Below are positions 1 to 11,237 of a DNA stretch of 64,000 nt, one piece after another. Below the pieces are notes generated by a model. The model had not been told where the DNA came from. It worked only from the letters and a program-made list of their open reading frames with translations, and did no database searches. Source of the DNA: an uncultured Planctomycetaceae bacterium (GTDB lineage: Bacteria > Planctomycetota > Planctomycetia > Planctomycetales > Planctomycetaceae); contig CAWFGE010000013.1 of the NCBI GenBank assembly GCA_963815195.1, positions 832,001-896,000 of the forward strand, written 5' to 3'. Position numbers and translations under genes: made by a program. Within the stretch, counting starts at the first letter, position 1. The number at the start of each line of letters is the position of its first letter.

Positions 1-2385
1 CGTCGTTTGATGATGAGCAAGAGGAAGACGCCGAACTCGAACGCAAGAATTCCTTGCGGGCCAAACATCGGCCGGCCCAGGCTCCGGTGTTCCTCGATCC
101 CATCCAAGAGCCGCCCCGGCACCGCTGGATCACGCCGGTGCTCTCGACCATGTTGATTTTGATCTTCGGCGGGTATCTCGCGAGCAAAGCCCGCGCCCCG
201 AAGCCGACCGCAAAGGGCTTCGATCTCTACCAGGCCGGCCAAGTCCCCGTGGCCTACGACGGCCGCGTGAAGCCCTTGGACACGCTCGCCCGCAATTCGC
301 TCCGCGTCATGTCCAACAAGCAAGAGTTCGTCGACCACGAAAAGAAACAGCCGAAGTTCCTCGGACTGTTCGCCCGCCAGAAGAAAGAGCCAGCAATGCT
401 CTGGCTGCTCGACTTGATCGCCCGGCCCGGAGGAATCCAACACGCTCCGCGTGTTCCGCATCGATTACCAGCCGCTGTTGGATGCGCTCAAACTTCCCAA
501 GCGGGAAGGGTACATGTACTCCTACGAGGAGATCATGAAACAGGACGAGGAGCTCAAACGCCAGATCGACCTCGCCGCCGACGTGAAAGACGAAAAACAA
601 CGCACGATCTATCAGAAGAAAGTCCTGGAACTCGCGAAGAGGCTCCAGTTGCGAAACTATCTGTCGGAGGCGTTCGATCATCAAGACATTTCCGGGACGA
701 AGGCGCTTCAGAACCTGATGAACGCCGTCACGCGAAACGGCCGCATCCAAGAGGCGGTGGACAGCGGCGAAGTCAAGCTGCCGCTCTTGTATTCCCGCGC
801 CACCGGAAAATGGGAACTCTACAGCACGATTTCCGTTCGCCGGCAGGTGCAAAAGCTGGCCCGGCAATATCAGGCCAAAGATGCCTCCCAACTGGGGGCC
901 CGGCTGGTTGCCGATTTTTCCGAACCGCTCGCCGCCAATGCCATCGGCAAGCTGCGGCAGATGGTGGAGACGGTGTCCCGGCAGAAGCACCAACCGCGTG
1001 CCGAGACGGCGGCCGGTTTTGCGGCGAAGTCGAACGATCCCACGCTAAAGCAAGTCTTCCAGTTGCTCGCCGATGCCAGCCCGCAGGATCACGAAAACGA
1101 ACTGGCGGCCCGGCTTCCCAAAGCCGCGATTGACGATCTGGCGAAACAGGAGGCGGCTCTGGAGTTCAGCCGCCCCGATGCGCCGCTCACAGGCGACCGG
1201 GCGATGCAGCTTTTGGAAATTCTGGCGGAACGATCGGTCAGCAAGGCTTTGGCCGGCCAACCGCTCGGCGGGCCGGTGGCGGATGCTCCTTACGATGAGA
1301 TCTTTGCCGCCTATAAGGACCAGAAGCCCGAGGTCTTCAACAAGGCCGTCGCCGATTACCGAGCCGACCTGACGGAGCATCCCCCGAAAGAAAACGACAA
1401 ACTCGTCAGCCCGAGGAAGATTCGCTTTGAATCGTTCTTCAACAACGCAGCACCGTTTTATTACCTGGCGGCGGTGTATTTGATGGCGGGACTCTTCGCG
1501 GCGGCTTCGTGGCTCACATGCAGCCAGCCGCTCAATCGGGCCACGTTCTGGCTGCTGTGTTTCGCGCTCATCGTGCACACCGCGGCACTCGTCGGAAGAA
1601 TCTACATCTCCGGCCGGCCGCCCGTGACGAACCTGTATTCCTCGGCGGTGTTCATCGGCTGGGGCTGCGTGTTGATCGGGCTGTTGTTCGAATGGTTTTA
1701 CGACATCGGTATCGGCAACCTGGTCGCGGCGGTCGCGGGCTTTATGACCTTGGGAGTCGCTCATTTGCTGACCACGGAAGTCGCGAGTTTCCGGGGCGAC
1801 TCGTTCACCGTGATGCAAGCCGTCCTGGATACGCAGTTCTGGCTCGCCACGCACGTCGTGTGCATCTCGATGGGCTACGCCACGACCTATGTGGCAGGGC
1901 TACTGGGCGCGGTTTACATCCTGGGCGGCGCCTTTAGCCCGGTGCTCACTGCGAATCGGCGGAAGGATTTGCTGCGGATGATCTACGGCACGCTGTGCTT
2001 TGCCATCCTGTTCAGTTTCGTGGGCACGGTGTTGGGCGGACTCTGGGCCGACGATTCCTGGGGCCGATTCTGGGGCTGGGACACCAAGGAAAACGGCGCT
2101 CTGATCATCGTGCTCTGGAACGCTTTGGTGCTCCATGCCCGCTGGGGCGGCATCGTCAAGGACCGCGGACTCGCGATCCTCGCCGTCGCCGGGAACATCG
2201 CCGTGAGCTGGTCCTGGTTTGGCGTCAACGAGTTGGGCATCGGCCTCCATTCCTACGGCTTCACCGAAGGCGTCCTGCCGAACCTTGCGCCGTTCTGCGT
2301 GAGCCAACTGGTCATCATCGGCATCGGTTCCCTTCCCAAAGATTTCTGGTGGAGCCACATCGCCGAGCGCCCCTCGGACGCATGA
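1..2385 (+). CDS. ccsA: Cytochrome c biogenesis protein CcsA (system II) with long N-terminal/periplasmic region; 5'-partial; apparent frameshift near 426-428
   Basis: WWD motif WADDSWGRFWGWDTKE, HVVCISMGY and GLHSYGF, with many TM helices. The GRVKPLDTLAR motif lies in the upstream frame, which is open to the window start. The two frames join if one C is removed at cggcccgg. Confidence 0.88.
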
Positions 2386-2433
2386 CGCGGAGTCGTTCGT
2401 CAAGGCGTCTCGTGCGCTCCGAGTGAGAATGGC

Positions 2434-2490
2434 GGATGGAAGATAGAGGATAGAGGACGCATTTGCTCGTCTATCCTCTATCTTCCATCC
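2434..2490. repeat. Perfect 21-bp inverted repeat built from heptamers (GGATGGA-AGATAGA-GGATAGA)
   Basis: ggatggaagatagaggataga (2434-2454) is the reverse complement of tctatcctctatcttccatcc (2470-2490). Confidence 0.85.
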
Positions 2491-2563
2491 TCTAACCTCA
2501 CTATGATTTCCGGGGCCGGCTGAACTTTCTCGAACACTTTTCCTTCTTGGAAACCACTGGGAT

Positions 2564-4366
<1,803 letters not shown>

Positions 4367-4471
4367 GGGAAGGAACTCTTTGACAATCCCCCTGAAGTTT
4401 GGGAGACTTCTGGAAGGTGTTCGCGTTGCCGCGGGGACCGGTTTTCGTTGGATGTCACGGAGAGGAACAGC

Positions 4472-6793
4472 ATGTCTAGCCCGACGCCTCCGCCTGTGTG
4501 CCGCCGCCTTTTCGCGGGAAGCCTTCCGTCCGTCCTGATCGGCTTGATGCTGGCGAGCCTGTGCCATCCCGCTTCCGGCCCCGCTCAATTGCAGCCGTTG
4601 GTTCGCGCGGTGCCGAACGTCGCCGCGGGCGGGAACAACGGGTTGGGCGGATTGATCGTCGCCGACCGCACCCGGACCCGCGTGCTCCGCCAGGCTCGGG
4701 ACTACATCGCGAACAAGAAATACCTCGAGGCCCTGGGGCTGTTGCAAACGCTGTTGGAACTCGACCAGGATCAGTTGCTGCCGCCGTCGCCTGAGGACAA
4801 CTCGGCGGTGTTTCGCAGCATGAAATCCGAAATCCAGCAGATGATCGGCCATCTCCCGCCGGACGGCCGGGAGGTTTATCTGAGAAACACCAGCCCGGTC
4901 GCCGATGCGCTCCTCAAAGAGGCCCTTGAGCAAAACGACGAGCAAAAGCTGGGCGAGATCGCGCGGCTGTATTTCCACACGCCCGCCGGCTACGAAGCCA
5001 CGTACCGGATGGCGCTCCGCAAATTCGACAACGGCGAAGCGATGGCGGCGGCGCTGTTGCTCCGGCGTCTCCAGCGCACTCCCGAAGCCGCGAAAGGGTG
5101 GGAGCCGCTGCTTTCCGTGCGGATCGCCTTGAGTTGGATCCGCGCGGGCATGCCGCACGAAGCCGAGGCCGTTCTCAAAAAGTTGGAAACGACCCGCAGA
5201 ACGGCGGCCCTCACGTTGGGAACCAAATCCCGGCGGCTGTTCGATCCGTCGGGAAAGCCCGCGGCGTGGGTGTCGGCCCTGATGAAATCCGAGGCCGCCC
5301 CGCAGTTCGCCAACGAAACCGACTGGCTGATGCACCGTTCCGGGCCGACGCGGAACGTGGTGCTGCCTCTCCCGGAAAAAGTCAAATTCGAACCCTGGCA
5401 CGTCGCCACCGTCGCCGATCCGTTTTTTAAGGAGGCCGACGACCAGATCGAAACCCAGCCTCGACCAGCAATTGCAGTCGGCGGTGTCGGTGCAACGAGG
5501 CGTGCGGTTTCGGCAGCTCCGGCCCAACTTGCCCAGCCGGCATCCGCTGGTTGTCGGAGACCTGGTCTTAACGCGGATGCTGGAATCCGTCCACGCGTAC
5601 GATCTGGAGACGGGGGATTTCGTGCTGTTCGCCTGGGGCTGGGAACGCGCTCTGGAACGGTTGACCGGCGCGGACGACAACCCGCCGCCGCCCAACGCCT
5701 CGAAGTACCTGGGCGAAATGCTCAACCAGCGATTGTGGGACGATGGAACTTTCGGGCGGCTGAGCAGCGACGGCGAACGGCTTTACTGCATCGAGGAAAC
5801 CGGGTTTTGGAGTCCGTTCCCCACCGGCAAGGAGAATAAGTGGATTCCCGTCAGCGACACGAGTTTTCTGGTCGCCTACGATTTGACGACGGGCAAAGAA
5901 GTCTGGCGGGTGGGCGGACCGCCGAACGACTCGATCGATTGGCACCTGTCGGGGCGCTACTTCCTGGGCCCGCCGATGCCGATGGCGGGGCATTTGTACT
6001 GCCTCGTGGAATTTAACAACGAGGTGCAGCTCAACGTGCTCGAAGCCAAGACCGGCCACATGGTCTGGTCGCAGCCGCTCTCGTCGCCGGGCGGAGTGAC
6101 GATCGCCCAAGACCGCGTCCGGCGGAGCTCGGGCGTGTCGGTGGCGTACGGCGACGGGATTCTGGTATGCCCCACCGACACGGGGGCGACCGTCGCCTTG
6201 GACCTGACCACGCGGTCTTTGCTCTGGGGCTTTCCTTCCGACATCAGTCCCGTATTCCAAGCCAATCCCGGAGCGGTTCGCGGTCGAGGCGGCCGGGCCC
6301 CGTCGGATGCCGTCCTCCCGCCTGGCTGGGTGGATTCCATCCCCACGATCTATCAAGACAAAGTCGTCCTCACGCCGCGGAAATCGTCGCAAATCTATCT
6401 CGTCGACCTGTTGACCGGCACGCGGATTTGGCAGCATTCGCGCGGCGAGGGCCTGTACGTCGCGGGGGTCAGCCAGGACCGCGTCATCGTCGTAGGGACC
6501 CGCAACGTCCAGGCGTGGAACACCAACAACGACGAGCCCGCCTGGAAAGATCTGGAACTCTCCTCCAATCCCAGCGGCCGGGGGCTGATCGTGGGCGGGC
6601 AACTCTTGCTGCCCGCGGCCAAGGAGTTGTTGCTGATCGACCTCAAAACCGGCAAGGAACTCCCGCGATCCCCGGCCCGAAAGACGTCGAGCTGGGCAAC
6701 TTGATCGTCTCCCGCGGCCGGCTGATCTCCCAGGGCATCGACTCGCTGGACGTGATTCCGTTCCCGGACCTCCAACCGCAATCCGCCAAGTGA
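4472..6793 (+). CDS. Secreted PQQ-like/BamB-type beta-propeller repeat protein with helical N-terminus; apparent frameshifts near 5454-5456 and 6662-6664
   Basis: Signal peptide and repeated propeller motifs (AYDLETG, LVAYDLTTGKEVW, LEAKTGHMVW, VDLLTGTRIW, IDLKTG). Three ORF fragments join with single-base corrections in C runs. RBS gagagga precedes ATG 4472. Confidence 0.75.
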
Positions 6794-6889
6794 CGCCGGC
6801 CGGGACGATTGACAACCGCCCCCTAATTGCGGTGTGGTCCAACCCGCCAAAAACCAGAACAAACCCGTTCCGCGCTCGATGATCCCAAA

Positions 6890-6918
6890 TTGACAGATTT
6901 CGGGGTTCCGAGTATGGT
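6890..6918 (+). promoter_or_regulatory. Putative sigma70 promoter
   Basis: TTGACA (6890-6895), 17-bp spacer, TATGGT (6913-6918), about 90 bp upstream of the GT87 start. Confidence 0.55.
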
Positions 6919-7005
6919 TCGCGCGCGAATGCCTCTCACCCGTTCGCCAGGGCCAGTCGGCCTTTTTCCCGTCATTTCCATTTACCAAGTCTTCACACCT
7001 TGCGC

Positions 7006-8412
7006 ATGTTAGCACGGATGCGTCAACGCTTACGCGAATCCTGCGCGACGCCCGAAAACGCCCGCTGGGTGACCGCCTGGAAACGGGCCGCCGTGGGAGT
7101 GGTGGTGCTCGTGGTGTGCTGCCAATTTGTGCGGCTGACGGTCAAGCTCCGCGGCGATTTCGATGTCCATTGGGAATCGGGCCGGCGGATTATGACGGGC
7201 GAACCGTTGTACGCCCGGCAGGACGGGCAGGATCAACTGGGCCACAATTACCCCTATCCGCCGTTTTGGGCATTGGTGCACGCGCCTTTTACCTGCCTGT
7301 CGGTGCGCGCGGGGCAGCTTCTGTTGTATCCGTTGATTGTGGGGGCGGGGTTTGTGCTCATCAAAACTCTGAACCGCCTCACCCAGGCTCAGGAACCCTT
7401 AAATGACGACGGCGCGTTTCTTGTCGCAGCGGGGGCCATTTTTCTCACGAGCCGATTTTTGGTGCGCGACATGCCCGAGTGCGGCGTGAATCTCGCCTTG
7501 GTCGCGACCTCCTGGCTCGCGGTGTTGTGCTGGACTCGGCGGCGGGACTGGACCGGCGGCTGGCTGCTGGGATTGGCGATTTCCCTCAAATGCACGCCCG
7601 CGTTGTTTTGGGTCTGGTTCGTGTGGAAGCGTCAATGGAAAATCGCCGGGGCCACGCTGATCGCAATGGCCGTCTTCACTCTCTCGCCCATCCTGCTGAT
7701 GGGACCTCGCTCTTATGCGAAGACCATGGCCGAATGGACGCACACCGTGTGGCGCGGCGTGGGAGAGACGGATCCGGCTTACGGCGTCTTGGGGGAAGAG
7801 CCGCTCCAAAACGTTTCCCTCCGCCCGGCACTGGCGCGCTATCTCACCGTCCTGCCCGCCGGCCATCGCAGCCGCGTGAACCATCCGCTCTATGCCGACC
7901 TGCTCGACCTGCCGCCGGCGTCCGCAAGTTGGATCATCAGGGCCCTGCTTCTGGGGCTGGTCGCCGCGGTGGCGTATTGGTTTCGGGGTGGCGTCAGAGA
8001 CCGGAAGGACCCGGCCTGGCTGTGGGAGGCGGCGGCGGTTTCGATTTTGATTTTGCTCCTCTCGCCCATCACGTGGGGGCAACACTGCGTGGGCGTGCTG
8101 CCTGTGTTCTATCTGCTGATGCGGCGAACCGTGGCCGGCAGAGCGTTGCCTCGCTCGGCCTGGATCATCCTGGCCGTTTATGTCGCGGGGATTCTGCTGT
8201 TGAACCGCGCGTTCCTGGGCAAAGAATTGACCTATCTGCTCGACAGCTACCGGATCTCGACGGCCGTGCTCTTGGGGTTGCTCGCGGTGGCGGTGCGTCT
8301 TCGCCGATGGGCGGCGGAATCGTCTCCCGCCGCGGCATGGACGTTTCGCAAAGCCACCCCGCCGCGGCCTCCGGCTTATGCCGACCGCGAATGGGTCCCG
8401 TCCCGCTCGTGA
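7006..8412 (+). CDS. Glycosyltransferase family 87 (DUF2029) membrane protein
   Basis: GDF-x-x-H/W, YPYPPF, LAISLKCTP, NVSL and SPITWGQH motifs; polytopic membrane protein. Confidence 0.8.
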   Translation: MLARMRQRLRESCATPENARWVTAWKRAAVGVVVLVVCCQFVRLTVKLRGDFDVHWESGRRIMTGEPLYARQDGQDQLGHNYPYPPFWALVHAPFTCLSVRAGQLLLYPLIVGAGFVLIKTLNRLTQAQEPLNDDGAFLVAAGAIFLTSRFLVRDMPECGVNLALVATSWLAVLCWTRRRDWTGGWLLGLAISLKCTPALFWVWFVWKRQWKIAGATLIAMAVFTLSPILLMGPRSYAKTMAEWTHTVWRGVGETDPAYGVLGEEPLQNVSLRPALARYLTVLPAGHRSRVNHPLYADLLDLPPASASWIIRALLLGLVAAVAYWFRGGVRDRKDPAWLWEAAAVSILILLLSPITWGQHCVGVLPVFYLLMRRTVAGRALPRSAWIILAVYVAGILLLNRAFLGKELTYLLDSYRISTAVLLGLLAVAVRLRRWAAESSPAAAWTFRKATPPRPPAYADREWVPSRS

Positions 8413-8426
8413 AAACGTGAATTGCC

Positions 8427-9047
8427 TCAAGGAATGGGGATTCCCAGGTCATTCAGCAGTTTCGAGACCGCCATCAAGGGAAGCCCCGTAATCGCGGTGT
8501 GATCGCTCGATTCGATTCGCTCGAACAGCGCGATTCCGAGGGATTCGATCTTATAAGCCCCCGCGCAATCCAAAGGCCGATCCGCCGCGACATACCGCTC
8601 CGCCGCGGCCCGGTCCAAGTCCCGCATCCAGAGCCGCGTCTGATCGAGATGCGTTCGCGTTTTCCCCTGATGGGAAATGGCCACCGCCGTGACCAGCTCA
8701 TGACAATGCCCCGCCAAACGGAGCAACTGCTCGACCGCGTTTTCGGGCGCGCCGGGCTTTCCCAGAATCTCGCCCTCGAAGGACACAAGCTGATCGCCCC
8801 CGATCACCACGGCCTCGGCGTCCTGCCTCGCAATCGCCTCCGCTTTGGCGACGGCCAATCCGATCGCCAATTCGCGCGGGTGACTCACGGTCCGTTTCAG
8901 ATCCGCCTCATCGACACCGGGATCGAGCGCTTCAAATGCGATCCGCAACGATTCCAACTGAGCCTTCCGATAAGGCGAAGTGCTGGCCAGGATCACGCGG
9001 ATCGCATTCTGCTGTGGTTCGATCGAGAGATTCTTGTCCTGTTTCAT
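8427..9047 (-). CDS. Maf-family nucleoside triphosphate pyrophosphatase, YceF-like subtype
   Basis: ILASTSPYR, IGGDQ, ILGKP, CAGAYKIE and ITGLP; the Y/Q/E residues resemble YceF. Confidence 0.9.
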   Translation of the reverse strand: MKQDKNLSIEPQQNAIRVILASTSPYRKAQLESLRIAFEALDPGVDEADLKRTVSHPRELAIGLAVAKAEAIARQDAEAVVIGGDQLVSFEGEILGKPGAPENAVEQLLRLAGHCHELVTAVAISHQGKTRTHLDQTRLWMRDLDRAAAERYVAADRPLDCAGAYKIESLGIALFERIESSDHTAITGLPLMAVSKLLNDLGIPIP

Positions 9048-9396
9048 CGTGAACCGTTCTGCAAAACAATCATGCATTGGAACGTGGACCAATCGCCAGC
9101 GGCCGCCTACAATGGATTTTTGACCAAATCGCCGGGATTTCCAAGAGACGTGGCATTTAGATGAGGGCACCCTTCGCGAAATATTCGCAAGCAAAAACAC
9201 CGTCCTCCCGCCGCGCAAAGCAGGCGGTTGGTGCGTTCCCTAAGTCGTTACCGTGGCAGCAGGTTCGATCAAACTTGCACAGTGGGCGTAGGAAAACATA
9301 TAACCCAGGTGGCTCCGGGGCGGGGTTCTGTCCGGGCGGCCCGACGGTTCGATCGTTTTCGACTCTTTTTTTCGACATCAAGGGAGTGCCATCGAA

Positions 9397-10074
9397 ATGC
9401 AGCGCTTATCGAGATTGGGAATCTGTGTGGCGTGTGGCTTGTGCGGGCTTTTTGTCTGGGGATGCACTAGCAGCACCCAGGAGACCTCCAAAGCCGACCC
9501 CCTGACCCGCCCCACGAAAAACGCCGAAGTTCAGACAGCGGAGAATTCTCAAAAGGATGGGAAGACTTTCAAAGTCCTGTTTGAAACAAAGAAAGGGAAT
9601 TTCGTGATCCAGGTGCACCCGGACTGGGCTCCGCGCGGGGCGGCCCGCTTCAAAGAACTCGTGGAGACCGGCTTCTACGATGACTGCCGGTTCTTCCGCG
9701 TGTTGCCGAATTTCATGGTGCAATTCGGGATCAACGGCAACCCCGACGTGCAGGCGCGGTGGCGCGACAATACCATTCGCGACGATCCCGTCAGACGCTC
9801 GAACATGCGGGGGACCGTTTCGTTCGCGATGGCGGGACCGGGCTCCCGAACCGCCCAGGTCTTTATCAATTACAAAAACAACAGCGAGTCTCTCGATCCG
9901 CAAGGCTTCTCGCCGTTCGGAGAAGTCATTGAAGGCATGGGCGTGGTGGATAAGATCAATGCGGAGTACGGAGAAGAGCCGAGCCAGGGGGCCATTCAAA
10001 GGCAAGGCAACGCCTACCTGAACCGCGAATTTCCGAACCTCGATTACATCAAAACCGCCCGGATCATCGAATAG
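9397..10074 (+). CDS. Cyclophilin-type peptidyl-prolyl cis-trans isomerase (probable lipoprotein)
   Basis: FFRVLPNFMVQFGING, RGTVSFA, QVFIN and GFSPFGEV; lipobox-like VWGC. Confidence 0.92.
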   Translation: MQRLSRLGICVACGLCGLFVWGCTSSTQETSKADPLTRPTKNAEVQTAENSQKDGKTFKVLFETKKGNFVIQVHPDWAPRGAARFKELVETGFYDDCRFFRVLPNFMVQFGINGNPDVQARWRDNTIRDDPVRRSNMRGTVSFAMAGPGSRTAQVFINYKNNSESLDPQGFSPFGEVIEGMGVVDKINAEYGEEPSQGAIQRQGNAYLNREFPNLDYIKTARIIE

Positions 10075-10118
10075 CGGTGGGCGACTTTCTCCATCAAACC
10101 TCAATAGGAGTCGAAACG

Positions 10119-10739
10119 ATGCGAACATTGACGATGCTGGCCGTCTGCGCGGGCGTGCTGTGGTCCTCGGCCGCTTTTGCCCAGGACAAAGAAGAGAAAG
10201 AGAAGAAAGCGCCGGACACGTTTCAGGTAAAGTTTGAAACGACCGCCGGGGATTTCGTGGTGGATGTGACCCGCGATTGGGCGCCGAAAGGAGCCGACCA
10301 GTTTTACCAAGCGGTCAAAGCCGGGTTCTATAACGACTGCCGCTTCTTCCGCGTGGTGCCGAACTTCATGGTGCAATTCGGGATCAACGGGAACCCCGAG
10401 GTCCAGAAGAAATGGCGGACGGCAACGATCGCCGACGATCCGGTGAAGAAATCCAACACCCGCGGCATGGCGACCTTCGCCACCGCCGGCCCCAACACGC
10501 GGACGACGCAGCTTTTTATCAATTATGCGAACAACAGCTTTCTCGACAACCAAGGCTTTGCCCCCTTCGGCAAAGTGTCCGACGAAGGCATGAAAGTCGT
10601 GGACAAAATCAATGCAGAGTATCGCGAACAGCCCGACCAATCGGCCATTCAGAAGAACGGCAACGAATACCTCAAGGAAAACTTTCCCCGGCTCGACCAC
10701 ATCAAGAAAGCCACCATCGTCGAGAAGAAGAAGGAATAA
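10119..10739 (+). CDS. Cyclophilin-type peptidyl-prolyl cis-trans isomerase (secreted), tandem paralog
   Basis: FFRVVPNFMVQFGING, RTTQLFIN and GFAPFGKV; signal peptide ending AFA; RBS aggag. Confidence 0.92.
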   Translation: MRTLTMLAVCAGVLWSSAAFAQDKEEKEKKAPDTFQVKFETTAGDFVVDVTRDWAPKGADQFYQAVKAGFYNDCRFFRVVPNFMVQFGINGNPEVQKKWRTATIADDPVKKSNTRGMATFATAGPNTRTTQLFINYANNSFLDNQGFAPFGKVSDEGMKVVDKINAEYREQPDQSAIQKNGNEYLKENFPRLDHIKKATIVEKKKE

Positions 10740-10763
10740 CGACTCATCGGCAAGAGACGACAA

Positions 10764-10806
10764 AGCCCGCGGGAAGGGAATCCTCTCCCGCGGGCTGTTT
10801 TTTTTT
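10764..10806 (+). terminator. Rho-independent terminator
   Basis: Stem agcccgcggga/tcccgcgggct followed by a T9 tract, downstream of the cyclophilin pair. Confidence 0.85.
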
Positions 10807-10825
10807 GACCCCGAGACTGCGTTCC

Positions 10826-11036
10826 GAACCCTCGTTCCCAAGCTGAACCCTCGTTCCCAAGCTCCGCTTGGGAACGGACTGGTCGCCAAGCGCTGCTTGG
10901 CAACGCGTGAAACGGCGGGTGGCTCATATCCAATCGGAGGCGATCGCGTTATGGAGGCGTTGCGAAGCGGAGCTTCGCGAGAGTGCGTTCCCAAGCTGGA
11001 CCTTGGGAACGAGGGAAACGAGCTTGGGAGCGAGGG
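10826..11036. repeat. REPIN/MITE-like palindromic element with duplicated termini
   Basis: The left end gaaccctcgttcccaagct occurs twice in tandem. The right end cttgggaacgaggg / agcttgggagcgaggg also occurs twice. Four internal palindromes. Confidence 0.8.
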
Positions 11037-11237
11037 AAAAAAACCGACGGCCGGCCGCGCGCGAAGTTTTTCGCGCATTTGGGAATCCTTAAAACCCACA
11101 CAACCAGACCCGGCTTTGTTGTCGCGCTAAGGAATCGGCTCTTCTCCCGACCGGCGGAAACGGATTCGAGACGATAACCACTTTCGCATGGTTGTTCGTT
11201 TCTCCCGACGGGAGCCCGCGCACGGAGTCCGTTTGGC

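Noticed and set aside
10826..10863. Direct repeats as a possible CRISPR array
   Set aside because: Only two abutting 19-nt copies, with no spacers and no cas genes; they are part of a palindromic element.
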